From a virus (lineage: Duplodnaviria; Caudoviricetes): a stretch of DNA of 64,000 nucleotides. This document shows, piece after piece, positions 38,346 through 46,528 of this stretch. The notes beneath the pieces were generated by a model that saw only the letters and a program-made list of their open reading frames with translations, searched no databases and had not been told where the DNA came from. Each line of letters opens with the position of its first letter. The first letter of the stretch is position 1. The position numbers and the translations under genes are program-made. The DNA lies in the IMG/VR virus record IMGVR_UViG_2636415645_000002, positions 1 through 64,000 of that record; one strand, written 5' to 3'.

Positions 38346-38744
38346 ATGACCGTAATTCAAATCTGCGCACTGATCACCATCGTTATCGCGCTCGCGATCC
38401 TTTATTGGATCGGCTACAGAGGCGGCTTAACGGATGGTCTGGCTCAGGGCTACAACGAAGGACACGCACAAGGATTCATTGAAGGCATGGACGAGGGAGA
38501 GTCAGCGGGCTCTACCGCACTGGAGCAGATCTCCGAGCGTTGTCGGCGCCTGCAGTTGATATTGGACCATCAGCCACTGGATCGCCTCACCCTGCTATCC
38601 ATCGCCGAAAAGCTCAAGCTAGCGGCCGACACCTTCCGAGCGGTGAGATCTGATAGCCAGGCAACTCAAGCACTTGCCTTACGTGACAAGGCACTAAGCA
38701 TGGCTGCCCTGCTGGACCCATTCGAGTTGGGAGACGCAGCATGA
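38346..38744 (+). CDS. Hypothetical membrane-anchored protein
   Basis: RBS AGGAG; N-terminal TM; GxxxG repeats. Confidence 0.7.
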   Translation: MTVIQICALITIVIALAILYWIGYRGGLTDGLAQGYNEGHAQGFIEGMDEGESAGSTALEQISERCRRLQLILDHQPLDRLTLLSIAEKLKLAADTFRAVRSDSQATQALALRDKALSMAALLDPFELGDAA

Positions 38745-39283
38745 ACCGGATCCTGACCCATTCAGGCAAACACTTCGACCTACTCGAACCCGACGCCGAC
38801 ATGATTGACCCACGGGACATCTCGCACGCACTGGCCCATCTGTGCCGATTCAACGGTCACACCCGCGAGTTCTACAGCGTGGCCCAGCACAGCTGCATCG
38901 TCGCCGAGCTGGTGCCAGAAGAATACAAACTCGCGGCCTTACTTCATAACGCACCCGAGGCGTACCTGGGCGACATGACGAGGCCACTCAAGCAATGGAT
39001 CAGCGTCTATGAGCACTTCGAGGACTGTATCTGGTGGCGCATCTGTGATCGGTTCGGCATAGCACCAGAACTCCCCGCCTGCGTCCACAAGGCCAACCTG
39101 ATAGCGCTAGCTACCGAACGCCGCGATCTCATGCCACCCGATCCGGCTATCTGGGATTGTTTGGTCGGCATCGAACCCATGGTTGAAACCATCCGCCCAT
39201 GGTCTGTCGCAGAAGCCCGCAACACCTACCACCAGCGCCTGATGGACCAACTCGCTATCGAACACCGGAGGAAAGCGGCATGA
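38741..39283 (+). CDS. HD-domain phosphohydrolase (YfbR-like) with altered active site
   Basis: DISHALA..CRFNGH...FYSVAQHS; LLHNAPEAY instead of LLHD. Confidence 0.8.
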   Translation: MNRILTHSGKHFDLLEPDADMIDPRDISHALAHLCRFNGHTREFYSVAQHSCIVAELVPEEYKLAALLHNAPEAYLGDMTRPLKQWISVYEHFEDCIWWRICDRFGIAPELPACVHKANLIALATERRDLMPPDPAIWDCLVGIEPMVETIRPWSVAEARNTYHQRLMDQLAIEHRRKAA

Positions 39284-39777
39284 AGAACCAACAGAACAAC
39301 ACCAGCGCCTTGTCCGCTTTGCTCCGTGCTGCAAATAGTGGCGACACGCTAGAAACAAACAGTCTCTGCTGCGCAGCAGCAGGCATTATTGCTCCTCCCA
39401 GCGCCACCGCCGAGGCACTTATACCCCACGAAAAGCTGCGCGAGGCAGCGCTCGCTGATGCAACGCTAAACGCTCAGGAACGCCCGCTCGCGCAGCCTGT
39501 CGTGGGGTATACGCACCGTTCACAGCCCAAAGCCATAGAGGCTGAAATCTTCTCGGACGATGAACTGGCCGACCTTACTGGCTATAAGCAGCGAGCCCAT
39601 CAACGGAAGTGGCTAACTGACCGCAATTGGGTATTCGTCGAGAGTCGTGGGGGGCGTCCGCTGGTTGGGCGCATGTACGCTCGCATGAAGCTTGGCATGA
39701 CCAATACAGCACTCATTGAACAAAGCCCGCCGCCGGCGCGACCCGTTTGGACGCCTGACTTCTCCAGGGTGAACTGA
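39280..39777 (+). CDS. DUF4224 excisionase-like protein
   Basis: ELADLTGYK....Q.KWL......F....GRP motif; immediately upstream of integrase. Confidence 0.75.
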   Translation: MKNQQNNTSALSALLRAANSGDTLETNSLCCAAAGIIAPPSATAEALIPHEKLREAALADATLNAQERPLAQPVVGYTHRSQPKAIEAEIFSDDELADLTGYKQRAHQRKWLTDRNWVFVESRGGRPLVGRMYARMKLGMTNTALIEQSPPPARPVWTPDFSRVN

Positions 39778-39778
39778 G

Positions 39779-40828
39779 ATGCGACCTAGAAACACAGAAA
39801 ACAGGGACTTGCCGCCTGGAATGGTGCGGCGCAAACGCCCTCGCAAGAATGGCAAAGTGTGGGTCGGCTACTACTACAAAGACTCGACAGGAAAGGAGAT
39901 CCCGCTAGGTGGAGATCTGAGTAAAGCGAGGTTGAAGTGGGCAGAGCTTGAGGCCAAGGAAAAACCCGCAGACCTGACGATGATGAAGGGGATCTTTGAT
40001 CGGTACGCCCGCGACGTCATTCCGAAAAAAGGAGAGCGTACCCAAAAAGACAATCTGGCCGAACTAAAACAGCTACGCCCCACATTCGATGGGGCTCCCA
40101 TCGATTCAATCACGCCGGCAAATATCGCCGGGTATCGCGATGCACGCACGGCCAAGGTTAGGGCCAACCGGGAAATTGCCCTTCTGTCTCACGTGTTCAA
40201 TATGGCACGCGAGTGGGGCCTCACTGAGCGGGAGAATCCTTGCCAAGGCGTCAGGAAGAATAAGGAGGTGCCACGCGACTACTACGCCAATGCGGTGGTT
40301 TGGGACGCCGTCTACGGTATGGCGGGCCCGGAACTCAAGGAAGCCATGGACCTGGCCTACCTGACCGGCCAGAGACCTGCCGATGTGATCATCATGCGTA
40401 GCGACGATACTGAGGGCGATTATTTCCTGGTCACCCAGGGTAAAACCGGGCACAAACTCAGAATTCTAATGCGGACAGAATCCGGAGAAAACAGTCTCGG
40501 GAAATTGGTTAGAGAGATAACCGAAAGAAATGCGCATCACCCCTCCAAGTACCTACTAATCAACCAGTATGGAAAAAGGATGACGAAAGGCATGTTGCGC
40601 CTGCGCTGGGACAAGGCAAGAGAGAAGGCGCAGCAGAAAGCGCTGGATCAGGGCGACCCTATGCTCGCAGCAAAGATTGGAGGGTTTCAGTTTCGTGACA
40701 TCCGACCCAAGGCGGCATCGGAAATCATCGATATTGGCGACGCAAGCCTACTGCTGGGACATAGCAAACAGGAGATCACCAAACGGGTTTACAGGAGGAT
40801 TGGCGCAACTGCTAAGCCATCAAAATAG
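39779..40828 (+). CDS. int: Tyrosine integrase
   Basis: TGQRPAD, FRDIRPK and LLGHS....TKRVY catalytic motifs; adjacent to att. Confidence 0.95.
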   Translation: MRPRNTENRDLPPGMVRRKRPRKNGKVWVGYYYKDSTGKEIPLGGDLSKARLKWAELEAKEKPADLTMMKGIFDRYARDVIPKKGERTQKDNLAELKQLRPTFDGAPIDSITPANIAGYRDARTAKVRANREIALLSHVFNMAREWGLTERENPCQGVRKNKEVPRDYYANAVVWDAVYGMAGPELKEAMDLAYLTGQRPADVIIMRSDDTEGDYFLVTQGKTGHKLRILMRTESGENSLGKLVREITERNAHHPSKYLLINQYGKRMTKGMLRLRWDKAREKAQQKALDQGDPMLAAKIGGFQFRDIRPKAASEIIDIGDASLLLGHSKQEITKRVYRRIGATAKPSK

Positions 40829-40830
40829 AC

Positions 40831-40865
40831 AAAGTTTCGGAACCCCTGCCCGAAAGTTTCGGAAC
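40831..40865 (+). repeat. Putative integrase arm-type sites
   Basis: AAAGTTTCGGAAC at 40831 and 40853, between int and the att core. Confidence 0.65.
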
Positions 40866-40939
40866 GCCTATCCAAAACCGGCGTTATCTACCCAAACCCC
40901 AAAAACACAAAAGCCCCGCATTCGCGAGGCTTTTGTATG

Positions 40940-41005
40940 AATCTTGGCGGGAAACCAGGGATTCGAACCCTGGAGACGCTATTAACGTCCGCCGGTTTTC
41001 AAGAC
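40940..41005 (-). repeat. att core: 3' half of tRNA-Ser(UGA) (junction between prophages 1 and 2)
   Basis: 66/66 identical to 123-188; 5' tRNA half absent. Confidence 0.92.
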
Positions 41006-41207
41006 TGCCGAGTTAACTATAATAATCAACACATTAGCTATTTATCGTTTCCGCAACTCAGAGTTTTTACCAAGCCTACAGCCCGCATGTATCAAGGGGC
41101 GTACATTGGGTTGCGGAAATGATTTCCCCCTCCTCCGGCGTCCTGCCGAACGATCTCCCCACTCAATAGTTTGCCTGCTACGCTGTTCGCTCCACGGAGG
41201 AACAACG

Positions 41208-41417
41208 ATGCCGAACTCAGACCTAATCCCTTCCCTGCTTTCCAAACTCTACGAAAACCAGCTCGCCCTCGAAGCGTCCATCCTGGAATTGTCCAACTGG
41301 GTGGAGCAGCGTGGCTCCGCCGAAGTGGCAGCCAACGTGCGAGGCGCCCTCTTCACAATCGGACACAACGAAGAGTTCATCAAAATGACTCTCGCCGTGC
41401 TGATGGAATCGGAATAG
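41208..41417 (+). CDS. Small conserved phage protein, paralog of 3084-3296
   Basis: RBS GGAGG; NQLALEA...NVRGAL shared with 3084-3296. Confidence 0.8.
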   Translation: MPNSDLIPSLLSKLYENQLALEASILELSNWVEQRGSAEVAANVRGALFTIGHNEEFIKMTLAVLMESE

Positions 41418-41472
41418 TCGCAAGCCCATACAGCTCGTCGGCTCAAATCGCGCCACGTCCAAGCCTCGATTA

Positions 41473-41488
41473 CTGTACGCACATACAG
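41473..41488 (+). promoter_or_regulatory. LexA (SOS) box
   Basis: TA-CTG-TACGCACATA-CAG-TA, 17 bp upstream of ATG 41506. Confidence 0.85.
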
Positions 41489-41505
41489 TATTTGAGATTC
41501 GCGCT

Positions 41506-41865
41506 ATGAACGTTGACATGGACACCGATGACTGGCTCGGCTGCCCCACCCCGTTGGAGATGTACCAGCACCAATGCGCAATCTTGGTAGATGAGATGGT
41601 GGAGACCGAGCGCATGCTGCGTCGAGCGCGGGCGAATATCGCCGGCCTGGTGCAGATGAATGACCTACTGATGACGGGAAAGGATCAAGCGGAGAATTCC
41701 TTGAAAGCCGCCCTATCCCAAGTAGCTGGCTTGAACCTGGAAAACTCACGCCAGGGCCGCAAGTTAAACGGGTTGGCGATAATCACGGAACAGAGGGACC
41801 ACCTTCTCAGGGAAAACCAGCGATTGCTGGAAGAGCTGCGGGCACTCAAGGAGCCACAGCCCTGA
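41506..41865 (+). CDS. SOS-regulated coiled-coil hypothetical protein, paralog of 4897-5250
   Basis: MNVDMDTDDWLGCPTPLEMYQHQC shared N-terminus. Confidence 0.85.
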   Translation: MNVDMDTDDWLGCPTPLEMYQHQCAILVDEMVETERMLRRARANIAGLVQMNDLLMTGKDQAENSLKAALSQVAGLNLENSRQGRKLNGLAIITEQRDHLLRENQRLLEELRALKEPQP

Positions 41866-42003
41866 CGTACGCCTGGCACGCACGCAAGGCGATTATGGCG
41901 TTGTCCCCGTCGTCGGTGATGGCGACAATTCGTTGCGCATGCGCTGGGTCAAGTTGGGCTCGCGCAGCTCCATGAACCACGCCGACGGCGCCGGGGGCGG
42001 ATG
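41846..42003 (-). pseudogene. 3' fragment of a lambda-Rz-type spanin gene
   Basis: Encodes AQLDPAHAQRIVAITDDGDNAIIALRACQAYV, typical of Rz C-termini; no N-terminal TM. Confidence 0.7.
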
Positions 42004-42064
42004 GATAAGCGCGATATAGGCACACATCCACAACCGCTCCTTTCAAGCTTTAAACTTTTCAACT

Positions 42065-42111
42065 AGAATGGTTGACAAGCTTGTCTTATGACGGCTTAAT
42101 GCAACCATTCT
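42065..42111 (+). promoter_or_regulatory. Sigma70-type promoter with inverted-repeat operator
   Basis: TTGACA(42072)-N17-CTTAAT; AGAATGGTTG...CAACCATTCT inverted repeat; internal palindrome GACAAGCTTGTC. Confidence 0.7.
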
Positions 42112-42112
42112 C

Positions 42113-42520
42113 ATGAAAAAGCAGAAAGGGGCCGTGACCATGTCGCTTTCCAAATTTGGCGCAAAGGTACGTGAGTATCGCCGCGCATATGGCGTAACAC
42201 TTAGCACGATGGCTAGCACACTTGGCGCTTCTACAGCGTTCTTGAGTGCGATGGAAACAGGCCGCAGTAAGATCCCGATGGACTGGGTTGAAAAAATTGC
42301 CATCTATTTCAACGAACTTGGCGAACAAATCAATGTTCAAGAGTTGAAGGCTATTGCTTGCGACGATAACGAATCAGTATCGCTTGAAGGGCTGCGTCCG
42401 CAGCACCGCATGCTTATCGCTGGTTTTGCCAACTCAGATCTTAACCAGGAGCAGCTGACTCGTCTGGGTCGCTTACTCGGGGAAATCTACGGGGAAAACA
42501 GCGATGACCACTCCAAGTGA
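42113..42520 (+). CDS. XRE-family HTH transcriptional regulator
   Basis: FG..VREYR....TLSTMASTLGASTAFLSAMETG; start may be 42140. Confidence 0.88.
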   Translation: MKKQKGAVTMSLSKFGAKVREYRRAYGVTLSTMASTLGASTAFLSAMETGRSKIPMDWVEKIAIYFNELGEQINVQELKAIACDDNESVSLEGLRPQHRMLIAGFANSDLNQEQLTRLGRLLGEIYGENSDDHSK

Positions 42521-43001
42521 AGCCGCTCACTATGACATGCGCGGGCATCGTGTGCCCGCGCTCGGCCCGACCGACATTGATTTTATTGCGGGCAGGATCT
42601 GCAAGATCTTCAAGCTAAGTCGTCGCTCATTCTCGGTACAGAAAATAGGGATGTTCATCAACGACCTCGAAGAAAATGGGATCTTTATTGATTCCATCGA
42701 GAACGATGAGTGGATGATGGAGGATATCGCGAGGGCGATGGTGGACCCTCAGAAAGGCTTCATTTACATGCCGGAATGGATGTACGAGAAGCTGAACAGG
42801 AGCGACCCTGAGGCAATCAGGATTTTCCTTCATGAGCTAGGGCACATCTTTTTGTGTCACAGAGCGATGCTTCACTTTTCGGACACGAAGGGAATTCTCG
42901 AAGAGGACTCCGAATGGCAAGCTGACGAATTTGCTGACGCAATTATCAGAAAGCTCAAACTTAAGACGCCTGGCGCACAGCTTGAACTGAAATATTTCTG
43001 A
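42504..43001 (+). CDS. ImmA/IrrE-family zinc metallopeptidase
   Basis: HELGH (HExxH) and EWQADEFA motifs; overlaps the HTH gene. Confidence 0.88.
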   Translation: MTTPSEAAHYDMRGHRVPALGPTDIDFIAGRICKIFKLSRRSFSVQKIGMFINDLEENGIFIDSIENDEWMMEDIARAMVDPQKGFIYMPEWMYEKLNRSDPEAIRIFLHELGHIFLCHRAMLHFSDTKGILEEDSEWQADEFADAIIRKLKLKTPGAQLELKYF

Positions 43002-43195
43002 TTGACCATGCCGCAAACATGATCAACCAGAAATTGGCAGTAGGCCGCAAACCTACTGGGGGAGTTCTCCACTCGCTCTCCGCTTCCGCAGAACCGCTAG
43101 TGAAAGCACTGCCTAGAACCAGTGCGGACTCTAGTCCCGTTTGGTGGAGTTGTCCAGAATTAATGAGTAGTGGCCACCTCTTTAGGAGAGTCGCT

Positions 43196-43309
43196 ATGAC
43201 ATATACCGACGAACGTGGCACGTTCATCCTCCGCTGGAGCCGTCGCCTCAAAAACGGCCACATCCAGCGTGCAGTGGGCAAGCCATTCAAAATTTACATT
43301 AGCAAGTAA
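43196..43309 (+). CDS. 37-aa basic micropeptide
   Basis: Strong RBS TAGGAG 7 nt before ATG; MTYTDERGTFILRWSRRLKNGHIQRAVGKPFKIYISK. Confidence 0.65.
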   Translation: MTYTDERGTFILRWSRRLKNGHIQRAVGKPFKIYISK

Positions 43310-43330
43310 GCTTCCACAGTGACTTAGCTT

Positions 43331-43882
43331 CTACCCACCAAACGGACGAGCGGCAGCGCCTGAGGAGGCCCTGCCGCTATTTTTTTGAAGCAGTTCAACT
43401 GAACCGTTCAGCAATATTGAGTAAGTAGCCTCACATGCCAACCCAGCTATTCGGGCCCGGTCATACGCAACCGCCAACTCTCCCGCTCTTTGGTCAGCCC
43501 GCCGGAGCAAGTCGGAGAGCACCATTGCGGCGCGGGTGGCTGACGCGCCTCGCTGGGCAGCTCCGGGATCGCCGGGGCAGGCACTGGCGGCAAACTTGTT
43601 GGCGTCGACGTGCAGCCGGTCACCAGCAGCATCAGCGGTACCAGCATCAACATCTGCTGCTTTGTTCTGTTCTCGCGCATCGTTTGCTTCCTTATTCACT
43701 GCCGCCTGGCGGCGCTGTTCTTCTGCGCGAGCGATGTTGCCCGCCTCGGTAATTGCGATCGCCTGGGCCTCGCCTATCTCTGCCAACTTCCCGTCATACC
43801 GCCAGTACTGCACCTGCCAGGCGGCGCCGAAGCTCACGGCCATGGCCAGCAGGACCACGGCCAACTTCTGCACCGGAGTCAC
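43331..43882 (-). CDS. DUF2514-family i-spanin (Rz-like)
   Basis: N-terminal TM; AMVLSDLL.RAD.RAGELA..YDRARIAG..CE. Confidence 0.85.
   Translation of the reverse strand: MTPVQKLAVVLLAMAVSFGAAWQVQYWRYDGKLAEIGEAQAIAITEAGNIARAEEQRRQAAVNKEANDAREQNKAADVDAGTADAAGDRLHVDANKFAASACPGDPGAAQRGASATRAAMVLSDLLRRADQRAGELAVAYDRARIAGLACEATYSILLNGSVELLQKNSGRASSGAAARPFGG
43447..43680 (-). CDS. Embedded o-spanin (Rz1-like lipoprotein)
   Basis: Lipobox VTGC, proline-rich, WCSPTCS; nested in Rz in an alternate frame. Confidence 0.75.
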   Translation of the reverse strand: MRENRTKQQMLMLVPLMLLVTGCTSTPTSLPPVPAPAIPELPSEARQPPAPQWCSPTCSGGLTKERESWRLRMTGPE

Positions 43883-44412
43883 GCCAGCACCTTCAGCGCC
43901 TTGTCGTACAGCGCTTGGCGGTCGGCCAGCCCGTTGATGCCGCCATTGATACGACGGGTGATCTTCAGGAAATCGCTCTGGTCCGCCAGAGTGTTCAGCC
44001 CGCGGGAGGACCAGAACCAGGCTGCCGACATTGCCGCGTACTGCGGCTGCTCGAGCAGTTCCGGCTTATTGATCAGGTCCAGGCTCAACGCATCGCCGCA
44101 CGCAGCATAGTTCGCCCGACCGGTGATCTGGATCAGGCCTCGGCCACGATATTTAAAGCCATCACCATTCACCGTATTACCCAGGTCGGTGCGCCCTTCG
44201 TAGCTGGCCTGCTGCGCCGTAGGGCCCCACAACTCTTTCAGCCAGCGGAACTGTCCCGACTCGTGCCCGACCTGGGCGATGAAGGCGGCGACGCGCAGTC
44301 GCGTGACGATCCCGTACTTGGCCATGGCCGTATTCAGCACAGGAACAAAAACGCCGGCATTGCGGCTGGCGTTCGGGAGTATTTGCAGCAGCTGCTGCTC
44401 GGTAATCGGCAT
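43879..44412 (-). CDS. Endolysin, GH19
   Basis: AQVGHES, YRGRGLIQITG and ITRRINGG motifs. Confidence 0.93.
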   Translation of the reverse strand: MPITEQQLLQILPNASRNAGVFVPVLNTAMAKYGIVTRLRVAAFIAQVGHESGQFRWLKELWGPTAQQASYEGRTDLGNTVNGDGFKYRGRGLIQITGRANYAACGDALSLDLINKPELLEQPQYAAMSAAWFWSSRGLNTLADQSDFLKITRRINGGINGLADRQALYDKALKVLA

Positions 44413-44469
44413 GCTTTTCTCCAGGCAATAAAAAACCCGCTCAAGGCGGGCGGCGGTGACCGGGCGCGG

Positions 44470-45024
44470 TTATGCGGGTACCACGGGCCACTCAATAGCA
44501 TCAGGGAACTGCGGCTGCTCGATAACGCGGCTCAGCGCTACGCGGTATTTTTTCCAAGACTTGAGGGCGGCGAGGTCTGCGTCCGTGGCTTCGTCGACAT
44601 CTACGGCGTCCTGTAGTGGCGCGATCGCATAGTCTGCGACGGACCGCAAGCGGGTGATCTCCGCGAAAGCAGTCTCCATAGGGTCGTCTTCAGGGGCTGT
44701 TAGCTCAGGAACCACCTGAACTGGCAATGAATCCACGGCTACATGCAGAGTGATGCTGTGCGCCAAGTCGGCTGGCTCGCCATCTTTAGCCACGCTTACG
44801 GCCAGCACCCCGTCGTTGTAATTTATGGCCACCGAGCAAGACGCATCGACCTGGTTCAACACATAACCCCAGCCTTCTGGCGGTGGAACCATGCCAAGCG
44901 TTCCGTGCACCAGGTACTGGCCAGGGCCAAGGTGCTCGGTGGTGATAGTGTTAGCACCCAGGGAGGTGACATCAATAACGGCGCCGTCAGCACCGAGAAT
45001 GTTTACTGCTGCGCGAGTTGTCAT
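44470..45024 (-). CDS. Tail fibre assembly protein
   Basis: C-terminal IAPLQDAVD...WKKYRVAL.R......IEWP. Confidence 0.85.
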   Translation of the reverse strand: MTTRAAVNILGADGAVIDVTSLGANTITTEHLGPGQYLVHGTLGMVPPPEGWGYVLNQVDASCSVAINYNDGVLAVSVAKDGEPADLAHSITLHVAVDSLPVQVVPELTAPEDDPMETAFAEITRLRSVADYAIAPLQDAVDVDEATDADLAALKSWKKYRVALSRVIEQPQFPDAIEWPVVPA

Positions 45025-45783
45025 TTAGATAGCCTTGAGTGTGCCGTCAGCGGCGCGAGTGGTATTTCCGGTGTGGTAGAGCTCAAGCCAGGGTGTTGTG
45101 GCGCCATCGTAAATAGACTGAAACTTGATAGTGCCGGAGTTACCAGCCAGGCCGTACGGCCACGCGACTGTCAGTCTGTTAGAGCCGTCCGAATGACGGA
45201 AAATCTGCTTGTACCAGTAGCCCGTGCCGCCGGAGGGCATGCTAGGAGACCCGGGCGGATAGAGGTTGGGGTCAAGACCATGCACAGCATTGGTCAGCCA
45301 ACTTTGAACTACGCTCGTCCGTGTTCTGCCAGTTGCGTAAGCATCTGCGACGTTTCCGTCCGCGTAGCCAATGGCGGCGACCGCCGCAGTACCCAGCCCC
45401 AGGCCATTCCGGGCCGTAGCCTGGTTGTTGCCGCCCGTGCCCCCCATGGTTACAGGGACAATATTTTGAGTGGAGACCGTACCAAGGCCCGCCAATGTCG
45501 CCCCCCACTGCTGAACCATCAGGTTCACGGCGTCGGCCAAAGCCTTGGGATAACCGTTGACCGGGACAATCCCGTAAGCAGCGCCGGCGGCAGTGGCTCC
45601 GCGGTAAGGTGGAGAGATCGAGACAGAGGTATTGCTCGACGGGTTGATTACCTGATAGATGCCGTTGTCTGGACCGACAAACATGTCGCCAGACCGGCAG
45701 TTAGAAAACTTCGTACCGACGCCAGTTACAACGGCATTGCCGTTCGTAACGTTAACGGTCCCTTCTGAAAACCAAGAAGCCAT
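45025..45783 (-). CDS. Tail fibre protein
   Basis: GTVNVTNG..VVTG.GT.F, ARNGLGLG and YHTGNTTRAADGTLKAI motifs. Confidence 0.85.
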   Translation of the reverse strand: MASWFSEGTVNVTNGNAVVTGVGTKFSNCRSGDMFVGPDNGIYQVINPSSNTSVSISPPYRGATAAGAAYGIVPVNGYPKALADAVNLMVQQWGATLAGLGTVSTQNIVPVTMGGTGGNNQATARNGLGLGTAAVAAIGYADGNVADAYATGRTRTSVVQSWLTNAVHGLDPNLYPPGSPSMPSGGTGYWYKQIFRHSDGSNRLTVAWPYGLAGNSGTIKFQSIYDGATTPWLELYHTGNTTRAADGTLKAI

Positions 45784-45831
45784 AGTCACTCTCCAAAACT
45801 TTCTAGTTAATATATGACTTACCGTCTGGCG

Positions 45832-46527
45832 CTACTGAGAAACCCTACCAACCATCACAGTTACGCCTGTGACAATCGCGTTCTGCACCCCAATCATACC
45901 GAGAGTGAGAATTCTGCTTGGATAGTTCCACATAGCTGCAATCTGGCGATTAGCTGTACCAGAGCCAATTGTTACCGCCTGCATACATAGATTATTTATT
46001 AACATGTACTCGTCTTCATTCAGATTAAACTGTGAATTAAAGTACGTTATTGACACACCTTGCCCAGTAGTGCCGCTCCCGGCATAAGTCCAAGTGTTGC
46101 TAGCCCGGACAAACTGAGCGGCGGGCGTACCTGAATCGAAAATCGTTTTGCGACTTGCATCACGAAGCCTCACACCAAAAATAGCTAATGGCTGGGCCAC
46201 GTACCCAGCAACGAACCATCTCCCCACTGGCTTGATCGTATACATATTGAAAATACGAACTCTGAACCCCGTCCAGTTACCCGCAGATCCAAATATTTCA
46301 AGGTTGCTCATGCCAATGATGCCGTTTGCACTATCAGGACGAATGAAAACAAGGGGCTGTTCTTGGGTTGTGATGGGTGATGGGAAATAGGTTGAAGAGG
46401 AGTTACCACCCTCCTCGGTTCCAACGTACCTACCCTTGTACATAACAACGAGCCTCGAATACTCCGAATCAATTACTACTCGATTATCGTCACCAGACTT
46501 AAATATGAGGCCATACGATTCTGCCAT
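45832..46527 (-). CDS. Tail-tip associated protein
   Basis: YGL/FG..L.D....IFDS pattern; downstream of J. Confidence 0.65.
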   Translation of the reverse strand: MAESYGLIFKSGDDNRVVIDSEYSRLVVMYKGRYVGTEEGGNSSSTYFPSPITTQEQPLVFIRPDSANGIIGMSNLEIFGSAGNWTGFRVRIFNMYTIKPVGRWFVAGYVAQPLAIFGVRLRDASRKTIFDSGTPAAQFVRASNTWTYAGSGTTGQGVSITYFNSQFNLNEDEYMLINNLCMQAVTIGSGTANRQIAAMWNYPSRILTLGMIGVQNAIVTGVTVMVGRVSQ

Positions 46528-46528
46528 A

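Larger units (their letters stand above)
123..41005. mobile_element. Prophage 1, apparently complete temperate siphovirus (~40.9 kb) integrated at tRNA-Ser
   Basis: Bounded by identical 66-bp direct repeats; integrase next to the right repeat; contains immunity, replication, packaging, head, tail and lysis modules. Confidence 0.93.

Noticed and set aside
42059-42076. TCAAC...GTTGA as a prophage 1 CI operator upstream of the HTH operon
   Set aside because: Half-site spacing is 7 rather than 5 bp; better explained by the operon's own inverted repeat.
43019-43195. 96-aa version of the micropeptide ORF
   Set aside because: The upstream ATG has no clear RBS and spans hairpin-rich sequence; the strong RBS supports the start at 43196.
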